Shown here piece after piece: positions 29,892 to 39,559 of a DNA stretch of 64,000 nucleotides. The stretch spans positions 11,722-75,721 of the forward strand of contig DHFM01000046.1 of NCBI GenBank assembly GCA_002400405.1, in the 5' to 3' direction. The translations under genes and the position numbers were made by a program. The notes under the pieces are model-generated. The model was not told the DNA's origin and ran no database searches. It saw only the letters and a program-made list of their open reading frames with translations. The DNA is from Candidatus Moranbacteria bacterium UBA4824. Its GTDB lineage: Bacteria > Patescibacteriota > Minisyncoccia > Moranbacterales > UBA2206. Every line of letters begins with the position of its first letter. Position 1 is the first letter of the stretch.

Positions 29892-30036
29892 TTGTCATTC
29901 TGAGCGGAATCGAATCCGTTTAGGATGAGATGTAGTCGAAGAATCTGCTTTGTGGCTTAATTACGTTGACTTACTAAGTAGATCCTTCGACTGCGTTCGT
30001 CGCCTAATCGGCGACTCACTTCGCTCAGGATGACAA
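29892..30036. repeat. 145-bp multi-stem palindromic element (GTCAT(T/C)CTGA family)
   Basis: ttgtcattctgagcg / cgctcaggatgacaa ends; inner gtagtcgaagaatct / agatccttcgactgc; gtcgcc-taatc-ggcgac. Confidence 0.8.
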
Positions 30037-30176
30037 ACTTCTGTGTTTTTGTGGAAAATCATAAAGGAACTTTTAATTAAAGCAAAAATTAAACTTATCC
30101 ACCACACTATTTATTGTAGAGCCTTTTTATTTTGCTGATTTTAAAAAATATTGTATAATAAAAAAAGAAAAAAACA

Positions 30177-30272
30177 ACCCCATGGAATACGGATGTGTAA
30201 AATAATGATAAATAAAAATAAATTCAATTTACAAAATCATTTTATATACATTGTAAAATTATTCCACGGGGT
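30177..30272. repeat. Palindromic element, same family as 16471-16531
   Basis: accccatggaata ... tattccacggggt. Confidence 0.75.
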
Positions 30273-30291
30273 AAAAAATAAAAAATTTATT

Positions 30292-30738
30292 ATGAAAAAG
30301 AAAATAAAAACTAAGGATTGGCAAATTGCTCTAATTTATTGGATGCTGGCGGGAATTTTTGCGCCATTTCTATTTAGTGCAATTTTTGGTCATATCGTAA
30401 AAGGTATAGCTAATAATTTTGGAATGATTGTTTGGTTGGCAATCATTGGAGAAACATTGAAATTTTTTCTTGTTTGGATAAGTATAATTTATTCAGCAAG
30501 ATTTATAACCAAAACTTTTATTATAAAAAACAATATAAATATTGTGAGAATTTCCACTTTTATTTTGTGTTTATCTTTGGTTAGTTTTAGAATATTTTTC
30601 TTCGATTCAAGTGATTTAATGGGATATATTTTTTCCCTAATGCATATAATTTCTCTGCTTGTTATAACTCCATTTTTCTATTTTTTTAGCAAAAAACAGA
30701 TTGGCAGTACGGACAAATTGATTGAAAATGAGCCTTAG
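30292..30738 (+). CDS. Hypothetical 4-TM membrane protein
   Basis: Start moved to ATG 30292, past the repeat element. Confidence 0.6.
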   Translation: MKKKIKTKDWQIALIYWMLAGIFAPFLFSAIFGHIVKGIANNFGMIVWLAIIGETLKFFLVWISIIYSARFITKTFIIKNNINIVRISTFILCLSLVSFRIFFFDSSDLMGYIFSLMHIISLLVITPFFYFFSKKQIGSTDKLIENEP

Positions 30739-30750
30739 GATGAAAACTTG

Positions 30751-30791
30751 AAAACAAAAAACTTCGGAAATCTTCCGAAGTTTTTTGTTTT
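30751..30791. terminator. Bidirectional intrinsic terminator
   Basis: aaaacaaaaaacttcggaa-atc-ttccgaagttttttgtttt between convergent genes. Confidence 0.85.
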
Positions 30792-30814
30792 TTTAAAACC
30801 TACATGTTTGCTTT

Positions 30815-33370
30815 TTAAGAATTTATTTTCACTGAAACGCTATCGGAATCACTATCTCCATTTTTATCTTTGACGGTGGCTTCGATTGAAAGAGTGGTGT
30901 TTTTCTTGGAATCAGAAACGGAATAAACAAAACTAAAAGAAGATTCGGAAGATGATTTAACCTCCTTTCCATCAACAGACAAAGTTATCTTATCCACCCC
31001 AAATGGCGCGTCTGCCTTTATTTTTATAGTAAAAGAAGAAGCACTAGTGCTAGAAGGGGCGGAGATTTTTATGCTTGGGTCAAAATTATCAAAATCATCT
31101 GAGCGACATTCTTTTTCTGGAGTTGGCCGAGAAGAATAACCTTCTTTTTTGTCCAACCACTTCTCGATAGCTTTTTCCCAATTTTTAAATTGCGGGTCGT
31201 CTTCGGGTTTTTCTGGTTTATCTCCGCGGGGATCATCTTTTTGGACATAATATAAGATAGAATGTGCATCGGCAAATTTCTTTTTCTCTCTTTCAGATTC
31301 TGGGCAATTATCATTAGCTAGGCAATAATCATCCGAGTCGGGAATTTTGCAAACGCGGATTTCTTTTTTATCATCAAGTTTTCCATCCAACACATCCTTG
31401 CCAGTTTCCTCCTCGTCTTTTTTGTATTCTGGAAATTTTTCAATATCATAATTAACTAAAGATTTTTCTATAAATTCACGCCAAATCGGCGCAGCGACAT
31501 AGGAACCATCTGCCCCTTCGGCCATTATAGAATTGTCATTGTTCCCTGCCCAAACACCCGCGACTAAAGATGGAGTATACCCCATTGTCCAACCATCGCG
31601 CCATTCATTGGTGGTGCCAGTTTTAGCCGCTACAGGACGGTTGTCAAATTTAAGTGGATTGTTTTCTCCAAATACGGGAGCACGAAGTTCATTGGTGGAT
31701 AGAACGTAGTCTATCATGGCAATGTGTTTTTCTTCAATTACTCTTTGTCCGTCGCTCGGTTTATATTCTTCTAAGATTTCACCTGATCCACTTTCAACTT
31801 TTAAAACAGAAACAGTAGAGTGATGAATTCCACCTGTGGCAAAAGTAGAAAAAGCATTAACATGATCAAGTAATTTTACTTCGCCTCCACCTAAAACCAA
31901 AGATAATCCATAATCAGCAGTTTTATTGAGGGTTGTGATGCCCATCTTGTGAGCAGTGTCAATTGAATTTTGTACTCCGGCGAGGTAGAGCGTTTTCACT
32001 GCAGGAACATTCAGCGACATTGCCAGTGCATCTTTCATTTTCAAAAGACCCTGGTTCTTTCCGTCATAATTTTTTGGATTATAGTCTTTTCCATCATCAG
32101 TGGAAAAATTAGTGTCCACATCCCAAAGGTTGGTTTCTGGAGTGTAGCCTTTTTCAAAAGCGGTGAGATACACATAAGGTTTAAAAGATGATCCTGGTTG
32201 ACGAAGGGCAGTAGCCACATTGAAGTTGCCTTCAAATGTGCAATTTTTTCCAGACACACAACCAGTAGGAACGGCTTTGCCAAAATAATCCTTTGAACCT
32301 ACCATGGCTAAAATTTGGCCTGTTTTTGGATCCATTGCCACGAGCGCTTGATTATTAGCCTTGTAAGTAGTGGCATTTTTTTCGCTGTGATTTCGAATAG
32401 CTTCCTCGGCAATTTTTTGTTTATCCCAGTCAAGCGTGGTATAAACTTTTAGCCCGCCTTGTTCAACCGCTTCAGCTCCATATTTTTTTTCCAAAGATTC
32501 CTTGATATACATCACAAAATGGGGAGCGCTAATGTTATCGGAAAAGGTTTTTATCTTGGAAAAAATATCTACTGCTTTTGCTGTTTCGGCTTGTTCCTCT
32601 GTAATGTAGCCTAAGCGAGCCATTTGACTCAGGGCATATTCTTGACGAGCCTTGAGATTTTCGGTGTGCGTTCCATAGGGTGAATAGCGAGAAGGGGCTT
32701 GAGGTAGCGAGGCTAAAATAGCGGATTCGTCTAGTGTGAGCTCACTGGCATGTTTGCCAAAAAAAGTTTGGGCGGCCGCTTCAATTCCATAAGCATTGGA
32801 TCCATAGGGAATTTCATTAAGATACATTGCTAAAATTTCATCCTTAGAAAATTTCTGTTCCAATTCGATGGCCAAAATAACCTCCTTTATTTTCCTTGTG
32901 AAAGTTTTTTCTGAGGTCAAAAGTGATTGCTTGATAAGTTGCTGGGTGATAGTTGAGCCACCCTGAGAGGCACCTAATTTGAAAACATCCTTAAGAGCAG
33001 CCCGTAAAATACTTTTTGGCTGAATGCCGATATGATCATAGAAGCTTTGATCTTCCAATGCGATAGTGGCGTAGCGCAAACTTTCTGGCATTTGGGAAAA
33101 GGGGATTTCCGTTCTTTTTTCTTCTCCGTGAACTTCATAAAGGATATGATTTCCGGTGCGGTCATAAATTTTGGTCGATTGAATAACCACGCGATTTTTC
33201 AGATTTCCAGGACTTGGAAGATCCTTGGCAAACCAAGCAAAAACCGCGATAACAAAAAGTAAAATAGCGCCAAAAAAAATCAAAGCTGATTTTTGTAGGA
33301 GCTTCCAATTAATCTTAAAACGTTTTTTGCCAGATGACCCGGTAGAATTTTTAGGGTTGAAAATATACAT
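30815..33370 (-). CDS. Class A penicillin-binding protein (PBP1A family) with C-terminal Ig-like domain
   Basis: EDQSF, GGSTITQQL, RKIKE, SSFK, SLN, KTGT. Confidence 0.95.
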   Translation of the reverse strand: MYIFNPKNSTGSSGKKRFKINWKLLQKSALIFFGAILLFVIAVFAWFAKDLPSPGNLKNRVVIQSTKIYDRTGNHILYEVHGEEKRTEIPFSQMPESLRYATIALEDQSFYDHIGIQPKSILRAALKDVFKLGASQGGSTITQQLIKQSLLTSEKTFTRKIKEVILAIELEQKFSKDEILAMYLNEIPYGSNAYGIEAAAQTFFGKHASELTLDESAILASLPQAPSRYSPYGTHTENLKARQEYALSQMARLGYITEEQAETAKAVDIFSKIKTFSDNISAPHFVMYIKESLEKKYGAEAVEQGGLKVYTTLDWDKQKIAEEAIRNHSEKNATTYKANNQALVAMDPKTGQILAMVGSKDYFGKAVPTGCVSGKNCTFEGNFNVATALRQPGSSFKPYVYLTAFEKGYTPETNLWDVDTNFSTDDGKDYNPKNYDGKNQGLLKMKDALAMSLNVPAVKTLYLAGVQNSIDTAHKMGITTLNKTADYGLSLVLGGGEVKLLDHVNAFSTFATGGIHHSTVSVLKVESGSGEILEEYKPSDGQRVIEEKHIAMIDYVLSTNELRAPVFGENNPLKFDNRPVAAKTGTTNEWRDGWTMGYTPSLVAGVWAGNNDNSIMAEGADGSYVAAPIWREFIEKSLVNYDIEKFPEYKKDEEETGKDVLDGKLDDKKEIRVCKIPDSDDYCLANDNCPESEREKKKFADAHSILYYVQKDDPRGDKPEKPEDDPQFKNWEKAIEKWLDKKEGYSSRPTPEKECRSDDFDNFDPSIKISAPSSTSASSFTIKIKADAPFGVDKITLSVDGKEVKSSSESSFSFVYSVSDSKKNTTLSIEATVKDKNGDSDSDSVSVKINS

Positions 33371-33444
33371 ACAATTTATTTAGCTTATTTATAAAGCATC
33401 TTATATTCTATTATAAAAGAGAAAAGATATCAAGGCAAAAAAAA

Positions 33445-34716
33445 TTATTTCACGAAAGATGCTTTAAAATATTTCTTAATATAACTAATTGTTTTTTTGT
33501 GATCGTCTCCACAAATAATAATAACAGTATCTCCTGGATTAGCAATTTCAGCAGCTTTTTTGATAGCATTTTCTTCTATGATAATCCGAACAGCATTTTT
33601 TTTGCTTTGCTTTGATAAAATTCCTTGTAAAAATAATTTTGAAACATCACCCTTTTCTCTTGTTGGCGTAAGACCAGTAGAGACATATCTCTTTTTAGAA
33701 ATTCCATCAATTTTATCATAAACAATAAAAGAATCAAAACTATCAGCTATAAATTGACCAGTTTCTACTATCATTTTATCTGTTCGATCAGGTGCTAGAC
33801 GTACTACTCCAATAGTTTTACCGTTGCTATTTTTTTTTACTAGGGTAGCTACTTCATTTAGGGAATATTTTTCATGAGCATAGTCAACCATAATCTTTAC
33901 ACCTTGTTTATTTTCCAGAAGAGTTAACCTCCCACCATGTTTTGCAGGTTTATAATTTTTAAGCACAGTAATACATTTCTTGGTCTTAGGTAAATTTCCT
34001 TCATTAAAAGAATAAAGCCCTCCCAAGATTAACATCAAATTATAAATAGAAGGATTGAAATTTCCCTTAAATGTCCAATCTATATCATGAATGTCTAGTA
34101 AATTGATAGTTTTATTTTTTGATTTCAAGATTAAATAGTTATCTTTTTTTGTAATGACAATTCCATTATTATCTAAGTGTTTTTTTGTATTGAAAAAATT
34201 TAGATTATAGCCTACAGGCACAAGGGTTACTTTTCTTTTAGTTGAGATGCAATTTAATTGAGAGCAAACTAGCTTATCGTCTGCATTAAATACAGCATAG
34301 CCATTTTCTCCGCCTATAGCAGAAAAAATAAAATTTTTTGCCTTAGCTATATCTTTTCTTGTTTTTAATCTTTTGGATGCACCTAAGTGATCCTCAAAAA
34401 CATTTGAAAAAATACCTATATTGTGTTTTCGATATCCCAGTCCTCCTTTGCCACTACTACCAATAGCTGTTTCTAGGATTGCTGTGTAATTGGGGCAATA
34501 TTTTTTCATGGCCAGGAGATATTTTCCTGGACACACTGTCGGAACTAGTCCAAAAAGTTGTTTACTTTCTAAAAGAGTGCTTTTTTGTTTTTCATTTACA
34601 TAATGTCCATCAGTATCAACGCGGAGTGTATTTTCTCCATAATTTTTTAATGTATAACTTATAGCTCTGGTTATGGTTGTTTTTCCTTTAGTTCCAGTTA
34701 TCGATATGATTTTCAT
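33445..34716 (-). CDS. Mur-ligase-fold protein resembling the cyanophycin synthetase C-terminal (M) domain
   Basis: ITGTKGKTT.TR, AILETA, GLGY, SNVFEDHLG, NADD, GR...VDYAH, PDR. Confidence 0.75.
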   Translation of the reverse strand: MKIISITGTKGKTTITRAISYTLKNYGENTLRVDTDGHYVNEKQKSTLLESKQLFGLVPTVCPGKYLLAMKKYCPNYTAILETAIGSSGKGGLGYRKHNIGIFSNVFEDHLGASKRLKTRKDIAKAKNFIFSAIGGENGYAVFNADDKLVCSQLNCISTKRKVTLVPVGYNLNFFNTKKHLDNNGIVITKKDNYLILKSKNKTINLLDIHDIDWTFKGNFNPSIYNLMLILGGLYSFNEGNLPKTKKCITVLKNYKPAKHGGRLTLLENKQGVKIMVDYAHEKYSLNEVATLVKKNSNGKTIGVVRLAPDRTDKMIVETGQFIADSFDSFIVYDKIDGISKKRYVSTGLTPTREKGDVSKLFLQGILSKQSKKNAVRIIIEENAIKKAAEIANPGDTVIIICGDDHKKTISYIKKYFKASFVK

Positions 34717-34720
34717 TAGA

Positions 34721-35677
34721 TTAATTTTCTTGATTAAGCTTTAAAATGAATTCAAGAATATCCTTAACTACATTTCTTGTTTTCCCATGAGTTGGATTGT
34801 AATGAATATACAGATCTGGTTTTCCATTTATTTCTAAAATATTAAATTTTTGCTTGGAAGGATCTTTGCTTATATCTTCACAGATAATATCAATTCCAGC
34901 TAGTAATTTACCAGTAGCTTTAGCAGCTCTTTCGCAAACTTTTTTAAGGGTAGGATTTATCAAGTCAGTCACATCTTTTGTTTCTCCTCCTTCAGCTAAG
35001 CAAGAATTTTTCTTTATAAATATTTCTTGATCTTTTTTAAGTATAGTGTTGAGCTTAACATTTTGTTCTTCTAGGATTTTCTTAAGATATTTATTGAATA
35101 TCGTTTTTTGTTTTTTGTTTAATTGTTTTTTTTCTATTAATTTTTTAACAGTGCTTTTCCCATCACCAAAAATTCTAGGAGGAATCATTTCAAGAACGCC
35201 GATAGCTTCTTTTGCTAAAATTAAAACACGATATTCTTTTCCAAATACCATTTCTTGAGCAATAAGAAAAGGGAAATTTTTAATTTCTTGGGTAAGGAGT
35301 TTTTTAGCCTCAGATAATGTTTCTATATTAGTGAAAACGCCTTTGCTATTAGATCCATTAGCATCTTTTAATACAATCGGGTAAGTAAGAGAGGCTAATT
35401 TTTTTGCTGAATCGTTTGTATTCAGGGTTTTTTTGTAAAAACAAACAGTTTTAGGTGTTGGAATATTATTTTCTTTTAGCGCTACGTAAGTAAGATCCTT
35501 ATATGCCGTAAGAGCTTTTCCAGAAAGAAAATCACTAGCGATTTGAAATTTTCTAGAAACAAAAATTTTCTCCCCCTTTAAATTAATAAGAAAGCACCCT
35601 CTTTCTGGGACTATTTTATCAATAGTTCCTCCCATTTCTTCAACAACGCGCTTTATTAGTGGTGGATTTTTTATCAT
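34721..35677 (-). CDS. ATP-grasp ligase resembling the cyanophycin synthetase G domain / GshAB C-terminus
   Basis: YPIVLK...G..SKGV, G.EYRVL, GDGKSTV..LI, GG...DVTD, GIDII..DI, LEIN..P. Confidence 0.8.
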   Translation of the reverse strand: MIKNPPLIKRVVEEMGGTIDKIVPERGCFLINLKGEKIFVSRKFQIASDFLSGKALTAYKDLTYVALKENNIPTPKTVCFYKKTLNTNDSAKKLASLTYPIVLKDANGSNSKGVFTNIETLSEAKKLLTQEIKNFPFLIAQEMVFGKEYRVLILAKEAIGVLEMIPPRIFGDGKSTVKKLIEKKQLNKKQKTIFNKYLKKILEEQNVKLNTILKKDQEIFIKKNSCLAEGGETKDVTDLINPTLKKVCERAAKATGKLLAGIDIICEDISKDPSKQKFNILEINGKPDLYIHYNPTHGKTRNVVKDILEFILKLNQEN

Positions 35678-35681
35678 AATT

Positions 35682-37088
35682 TTATTTATTTACATCAATT
35701 AAAAATTTATTCAAATCTCTTCGCCCTATAAGTAATGGGTAAGACAATCCTTCTCGATTAGCGATGGAAAGTTTAGAAGATATTTGTTGTTCATCGATTA
35801 CGATAGGTAGTTTAATCTCGATTCGATAAGTTGCTCCATGGGAGGAAAAAGTTTTTGCTACGCCAACAATATCAGGATGTTTTTCTAATTCTTTCCATGT
35901 TTCATTTTGGCTCAATATTTTTATTTCTTCTTCAGTTAAAACTTTATCAAGGTGAAAATCTTCCCAAATTTTTACCGCCTCTCCGAAACCTAAATCTTTA
36001 GCAAGATTTTTATCAATTGCTGAGATGCCAGCTCCAGTATCTATGCGAGCTTCCACTTCAATTTCTTTTCCATCCTTTCCGATAAGTTTTACTTTTTCCA
36101 CGGTGCCGATAACTTTACGCCCAGAAATTTCTTCCAGTTCTTCTTCGATTTCCCCACCGAAAAGGTCTTTGCCTACGCGGATACCTTTTTCTACGGTTTT
36201 GATTTTTATCCCAGCAGCTTTTTTGAGTCGTTCTTTGAGACCAGATAGATTAGCTACCTGGATAGAAAGGCCAGGGCGAGCGTTTAGTTCAATGATAGTT
36301 GGGCCGTTGATTTTATCAATGGCAATGTCTGCCCCTAAAAAGCCAAGGCCGGAAATTTCTTGGGCGCGTACAGCTAATTTTAAAACATCATTCCAATAGG
36401 GAAGCTTAATTCCGGAAAGCAGAAGACGAGTACCAGGAATATATTCAATTATTCTATTTTTCCCAAGAACTGCAGTGGTGGTTGTGCCCGTGGCAATGTC
36501 GATGCCTACGCCAATAGCGCCTTGTTGCAAATTGGCTTTGCCTTCTGATGATTTGGTTGGCAGGCGAAGCATGGCCATCAGCGGAACCTTATTGAAAACA
36601 ATGACACGAATATCAGGAATACCTTTATATGAATAGGGTTTGAAAAGTTTCAAAAGTTGCAAACGCTCTTCAAAAAAAGCAATGTCGGGTGTGCCGGAAA
36701 GAGAAAAAGATCCATCTAGTATGTTTCGAATATGTGTTTTTAAATCTTCTGTAGAAATTAGAGATCGGTCAGCTTTTATCCAAATATTATCGAAATTCTT
36801 TTTTTTACCATAAACTACCACAATACCTTCACCACCAAAACCACGATTAGGTTTCAGCGCAAAACCTTCCGGCAAGCTTTGCCAATCAAAATTTTCCAGT
36901 TCTTCCACGGTGCGAATTTTTGCAATCAGTTTTGGAACAGAGATATCATTTTTAGCGAGAATTTTTTTGCTCAGTAGTTTATTGTCAGCTAGTTTTTTAG
37001 CGCGCGATCGATTAAATGGCCGGATATAATCCAGATTCCGCGCATTCATCCCGAGTATTTGCCGGCTTAATTTAAAAAATTCAAACAT
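35682..37088 (-). CDS. RimK-related alpha-L-glutamate ligase-like ATP-grasp fused to a retropepsin-like (RimB/DUF785-like) protease
   Basis: LGMNARN..YI..N, KP..G.GG.GI, AMLRLPT..S.GKANL.QG, ELNARPGL.IQ.AN; C-terminal ARIDTGA ... LLIGR. Confidence 0.85.
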   Translation of the reverse strand: MFEFFKLSRQILGMNARNLDYIRPFNRSRAKKLADNKLLSKKILAKNDISVPKLIAKIRTVEELENFDWQSLPEGFALKPNRGFGGEGIVVVYGKKKNFDNIWIKADRSLISTEDLKTHIRNILDGSFSLSGTPDIAFFEERLQLLKLFKPYSYKGIPDIRVIVFNKVPLMAMLRLPTKSSEGKANLQQGAIGVGIDIATGTTTTAVLGKNRIIEYIPGTRLLLSGIKLPYWNDVLKLAVRAQEISGLGFLGADIAIDKINGPTIIELNARPGLSIQVANLSGLKERLKKAAGIKIKTVEKGIRVGKDLFGGEIEEELEEISGRKVIGTVEKVKLIGKDGKEIEVEARIDTGAGISAIDKNLAKDLGFGEAVKIWEDFHLDKVLTEEEIKILSQNETWKELEKHPDIVGVAKTFSSHGATYRIEIKLPIVIDEQQISSKLSIANREGLSYPLLIGRRDLNKFLIDVNK

Positions 37089-37126
37089 AATGTTTTTTAC
37101 TCATTAATCGTTCGTAAAGCCACGCT

Positions 37127-37170
37127 ACCCGCCTCGCGTCGACAAGTGGTCTCCACGAGTCGAGGCGGGC
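37127..37170. repeat. CCCGCCTCG...CGAGGCGGG palindromic element
   Basis: acccgcctcgcgtcgacaagtggtctccacgagtcgaggcgggc; relative inside tsaE at 54667-54713. Confidence 0.8.
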
Positions 37171-37197
37171 GAATGTGGCACATGCGAATTAATTTAA

Positions 37198-37848
37198 TTA
37201 TAAGTTTTTCATTATCTTGCGAAAACGAAAGTATTCGCTAACGCGTAGCCCTGTCCATTTGCCAAGCATTACATTAATTGGAATGGTAAGAAATACTATC
37301 CAAGGATAAAGAGCTAAAAAGTGAATGAGGGTGCTGGAGCTGGCGATAAAAAAACCTAAAATAGAAATGATTAAAGTTTCAATGGCTAAAATTATTGCAG
37401 CTTTGTCTCCTTTTTCAATTTGCACGGTCACAAATTTTTCCACCAAGGTAATCATAATTAGAATTGGAAAAATTGATACCGATGCCAAGCCCGTTCTTTT
37501 GAATTCTCCACCAATAACTAGGATTCCCAAAATTAACATTGCCACCGCAGTGAGCATGATGGCCACGCGCGGAAGATAGAGCAAGCGAAAAGGTTTAAGA
37601 ACAAAACGCATCAGCATGCCAGAAAAGATAACGGTGACAAAAATTGCAATGCCGTATTTGAGTCCATTAGTGGCAAGAAAAGCAAAAGTCACGATCAGCG
37701 GAGCATAAATTCCAAAAGCTTTGATTCCGACTACTTGGCGCAAAAATGCGATGAAAGTAGCAATTATCGGAAGCATAAGAATCAAAATAACTGTGGCAAA
37801 AGGTACGCCTTGGCCGAGAAAGAAATCAATTATTGGACTAGTGTTCAT
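37198..37848 (-). CDS. 7TM membrane protein (7TM_transglut family, without the transglutaminase domain)
   Basis: LMLPI.AT...F.RQ.VG...FG.Y.P, LLYLPR, FP..I...VE.F, LG.WTGLR.SEY.RF. Confidence 0.85.
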   Translation of the reverse strand: MNTSPIIDFFLGQGVPFATVILILMLPIIATFIAFLRQVVGIKAFGIYAPLIVTFAFLATNGLKYGIAIFVTVIFSGMLMRFVLKPFRLLYLPRVAIMLTAVAMLILGILVIGGEFKRTGLASVSIFPILIMITLVEKFVTVQIEKGDKAAIILAIETLIISILGFFIASSSTLIHFLALYPWIVFLTIPINVMLGKWTGLRVSEYFRFRKIMKNL

Positions 37849-37855
37849 AATTATA

Positions 37856-37952
37856 CCGATTCGAATCTTCGAATGTATGCGAATTCTCGAATCTACGAAT
37901 TTTTATTTAGCTTATTCGTAGATTCGAATGCATTTGTAGATTCGAATCGCGG
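37856..37952. repeat. (T/A)CGAAT-repeat hairpin overlapping the 3' end of ruvC
   Basis: ccgattcgaatct...agattcgaatcgcgg; encodes the ruvC tail RDSNLQMHSNLRIS and its stop. Confidence 0.75.
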
Positions 37953-38467
37953 TTAAGGTTATTAATTTTTCTACTATTAATGTGGCAAAGCGCAATTGCA
38001 ATCGCATCGGCTGTGTCATCCGGTTTTGGTAAATTTGCTAAATTCAAAATATTCTTAGTCATCAACTGCACTTGCTTTTTTTCCGCTCGGCCGTAGCCCG
38101 TTAGAGCTTGTTTGACTTGGAGTGGAGTGTAGCTAGCTACTCTAACATTATTTTGGCATAAAGTCAAGAGAATTGCCCCCCTGGCTTGGGCGACGGTGAT
38201 AACCGTTTTTTGATTTTTAAAGAAGAAGATTTCTTCTACGCCTGCTTCTTGGGGTTGATATTTTTCAATTATATCTTTCAAATCACGAGATATTTCAAAA
38301 ATTCTATCCTCGTCAGATTTTTCAGGAGAAGTGGCGATGTGGCCATATGCCAAAGGTTTCATTTCCCCATCTTTTTCTTCTAATATAGCCCAGCCAGTTG
38401 TAGCCGTCCCAGGATCAATTCCAAGTACTCGCAAAGTTTTTTTTGAAGTTTCAGCTTTCTTTTTCAT
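37907..38467 (-). CDS. ruvC: Holliday junction resolvase RuvC
   Basis: LGIDPG, E..FF.KN, QARG, P.QVK...G.GRA.K.Q, DD.ADA.AIA. Confidence 0.97.
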   Translation of the reverse strand: MKKKAETSKKTLRVLGIDPGTATTGWAILEEKDGEMKPLAYGHIATSPEKSDEDRIFEISRDLKDIIEKYQPQEAGVEEIFFFKNQKTVITVAQARGAILLTLCQNNVRVASYTPLQVKQALTGYGRAEKKQVQLMTKNILNLANLPKPDDTADAIAIALCHINSRKINNLNRDSNLQMHSNLRIS

Positions 38468-38606
38468 ATCTATATTATAGCTTAAAAGGAAATTTTTTTG
38501 AAGGGCTTGGATTTTTTTCGTCTGCTATGGACAAAATTCTACGAATATGATTAGATGTAGTATTCAGTAGTGATAGAATTTTTCACAACCAATAAGGAGG
38601 TGCACA

Positions 38607-39095
38607 TTGAAAAGAGGAATAGTGCCGTTTGCATTTGGAGTTCCATGGATGATTTTGTCGAATCATCGAATCGCCCTTATAGCCTCAAAAAAAGCTCACA
38701 AACTTGGGGCGCCGGTATATACTCAGCTTGATATTCGAATTGAGGCGGGTATCGAAGTTGAGTTTACCGAGGAACAGCCTGGCAATCCGCCACCAACTTT
38801 ACGATTTGCAAGAGGAGCGGTGCAGTGGGCTCTGCGCAAAAACCTCACAGATTTGTGGATTGTCGCCGCAAAACCTCACCTATGGCGTTGTGTTCGAGAC
38901 CTTACTTGCGCTATTCAGGAGGAGAAAGCGCAAATTAAAATTCATGTCTGTGAAGAAATAAATCAATATCCTGAAGATGAGTGGTTTTGTGCCGACTCGA
39001 TGCAGGAGTGGACACAATCGCGGAAGAATTGGCAAAGCAGGGAGCGAATCATAAAGATCATCCCGTTCTTTATTTACAAACTCATTGCAAGCTGA
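38607..39095 (+). CDS. Hypothetical protein, possibly DUF218/YdcF-like
   Basis: AAGGAGG before TTG; IVAAKPHLWRC resembles the DUF218 H..R motif; terminator at 39101-39140. Confidence 0.55.
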   Translation: MKRGIVPFAFGVPWMILSNHRIALIASKKAHKLGAPVYTQLDIRIEAGIEVEFTEEQPGNPPPTLRFARGAVQWALRKNLTDLWIVAAKPHLWRCVRDLTCAIQEEKAQIKIHVCEEINQYPEDEWFCADSMQEWTQSRKNWQSRERIIKIIPFFIYKLIAS

Positions 39096-39214
39096 ACAGC
39101 AGAAGCCCCTTATGGAAAATTAATTCCATCGGGGGCTTCTTTATTTCCAAGAAATTCTCCATTAATTAAGTATTTTGAATTTATTATGCTGTATATATAA
39201 GTGCAGTAAAAATC

Positions 39215-39252
39215 AAAATCACAAAACAATCTCATATCTCGTCGCTTTGTCT
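39215..39252. repeat. 38-bp direct repeat (gene-end remnant), also at 40884-40921
   Basis: aaatcacaaa(a/g)caa(t/c)ctcatatctcgtcgctttg(t/c)ctt; minus strand reads KATRYE(I/V)(V/A)L-stop. Confidence 0.8.
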
Positions 39253-39368
39253 TAGCTGATTTTTTATATCACATTTTTATCTATGTGAGTATATGGGAAT
39301 ATATGTGAGGAAGAATTAACAAAAAAACCGCCAGATGGCGGAATTTTGTTTATAGAAAGTGTAATAAA

Positions 39369-39551
39369 TTATTTTTTTAGCTTTCTTTTTTTTATGACTT
39401 TATTGATTAAAGAAAGTTGATCTTTATTGGCTAAATGAATGGCTTTTTTAATAACTTTCTTCTTTTCTCTTGCTGGTAAATCAAAAAACACAGTTGGAGT
39501 GGAGACCTTACCGTAATCGCAACCTATTAATTTTAGTAATTTAGTTACCAT
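39369..39551 (-). CDS. Small basic protein downstream of the zeta toxin, possible partner
   Basis: 60-aa ORF 8 bp after the toxin stop; hairpin at 39321-39347. Confidence 0.55.
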   Translation of the reverse strand: MVTKLLKLIGCDYGKVSTPTVFFDLPAREKKKVIKKAIHLANKDQLSLINKVIKKRKLKK

Positions 39552-39559
39552 ATATTTAA

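Noticed and set aside
29892-30036. tRNA, tmRNA or SRP RNA
   Set aside because: No T-loop, CCA end or SRP motif; ends match another palindromic element. No tRNA or rRNA recognised anywhere in the window
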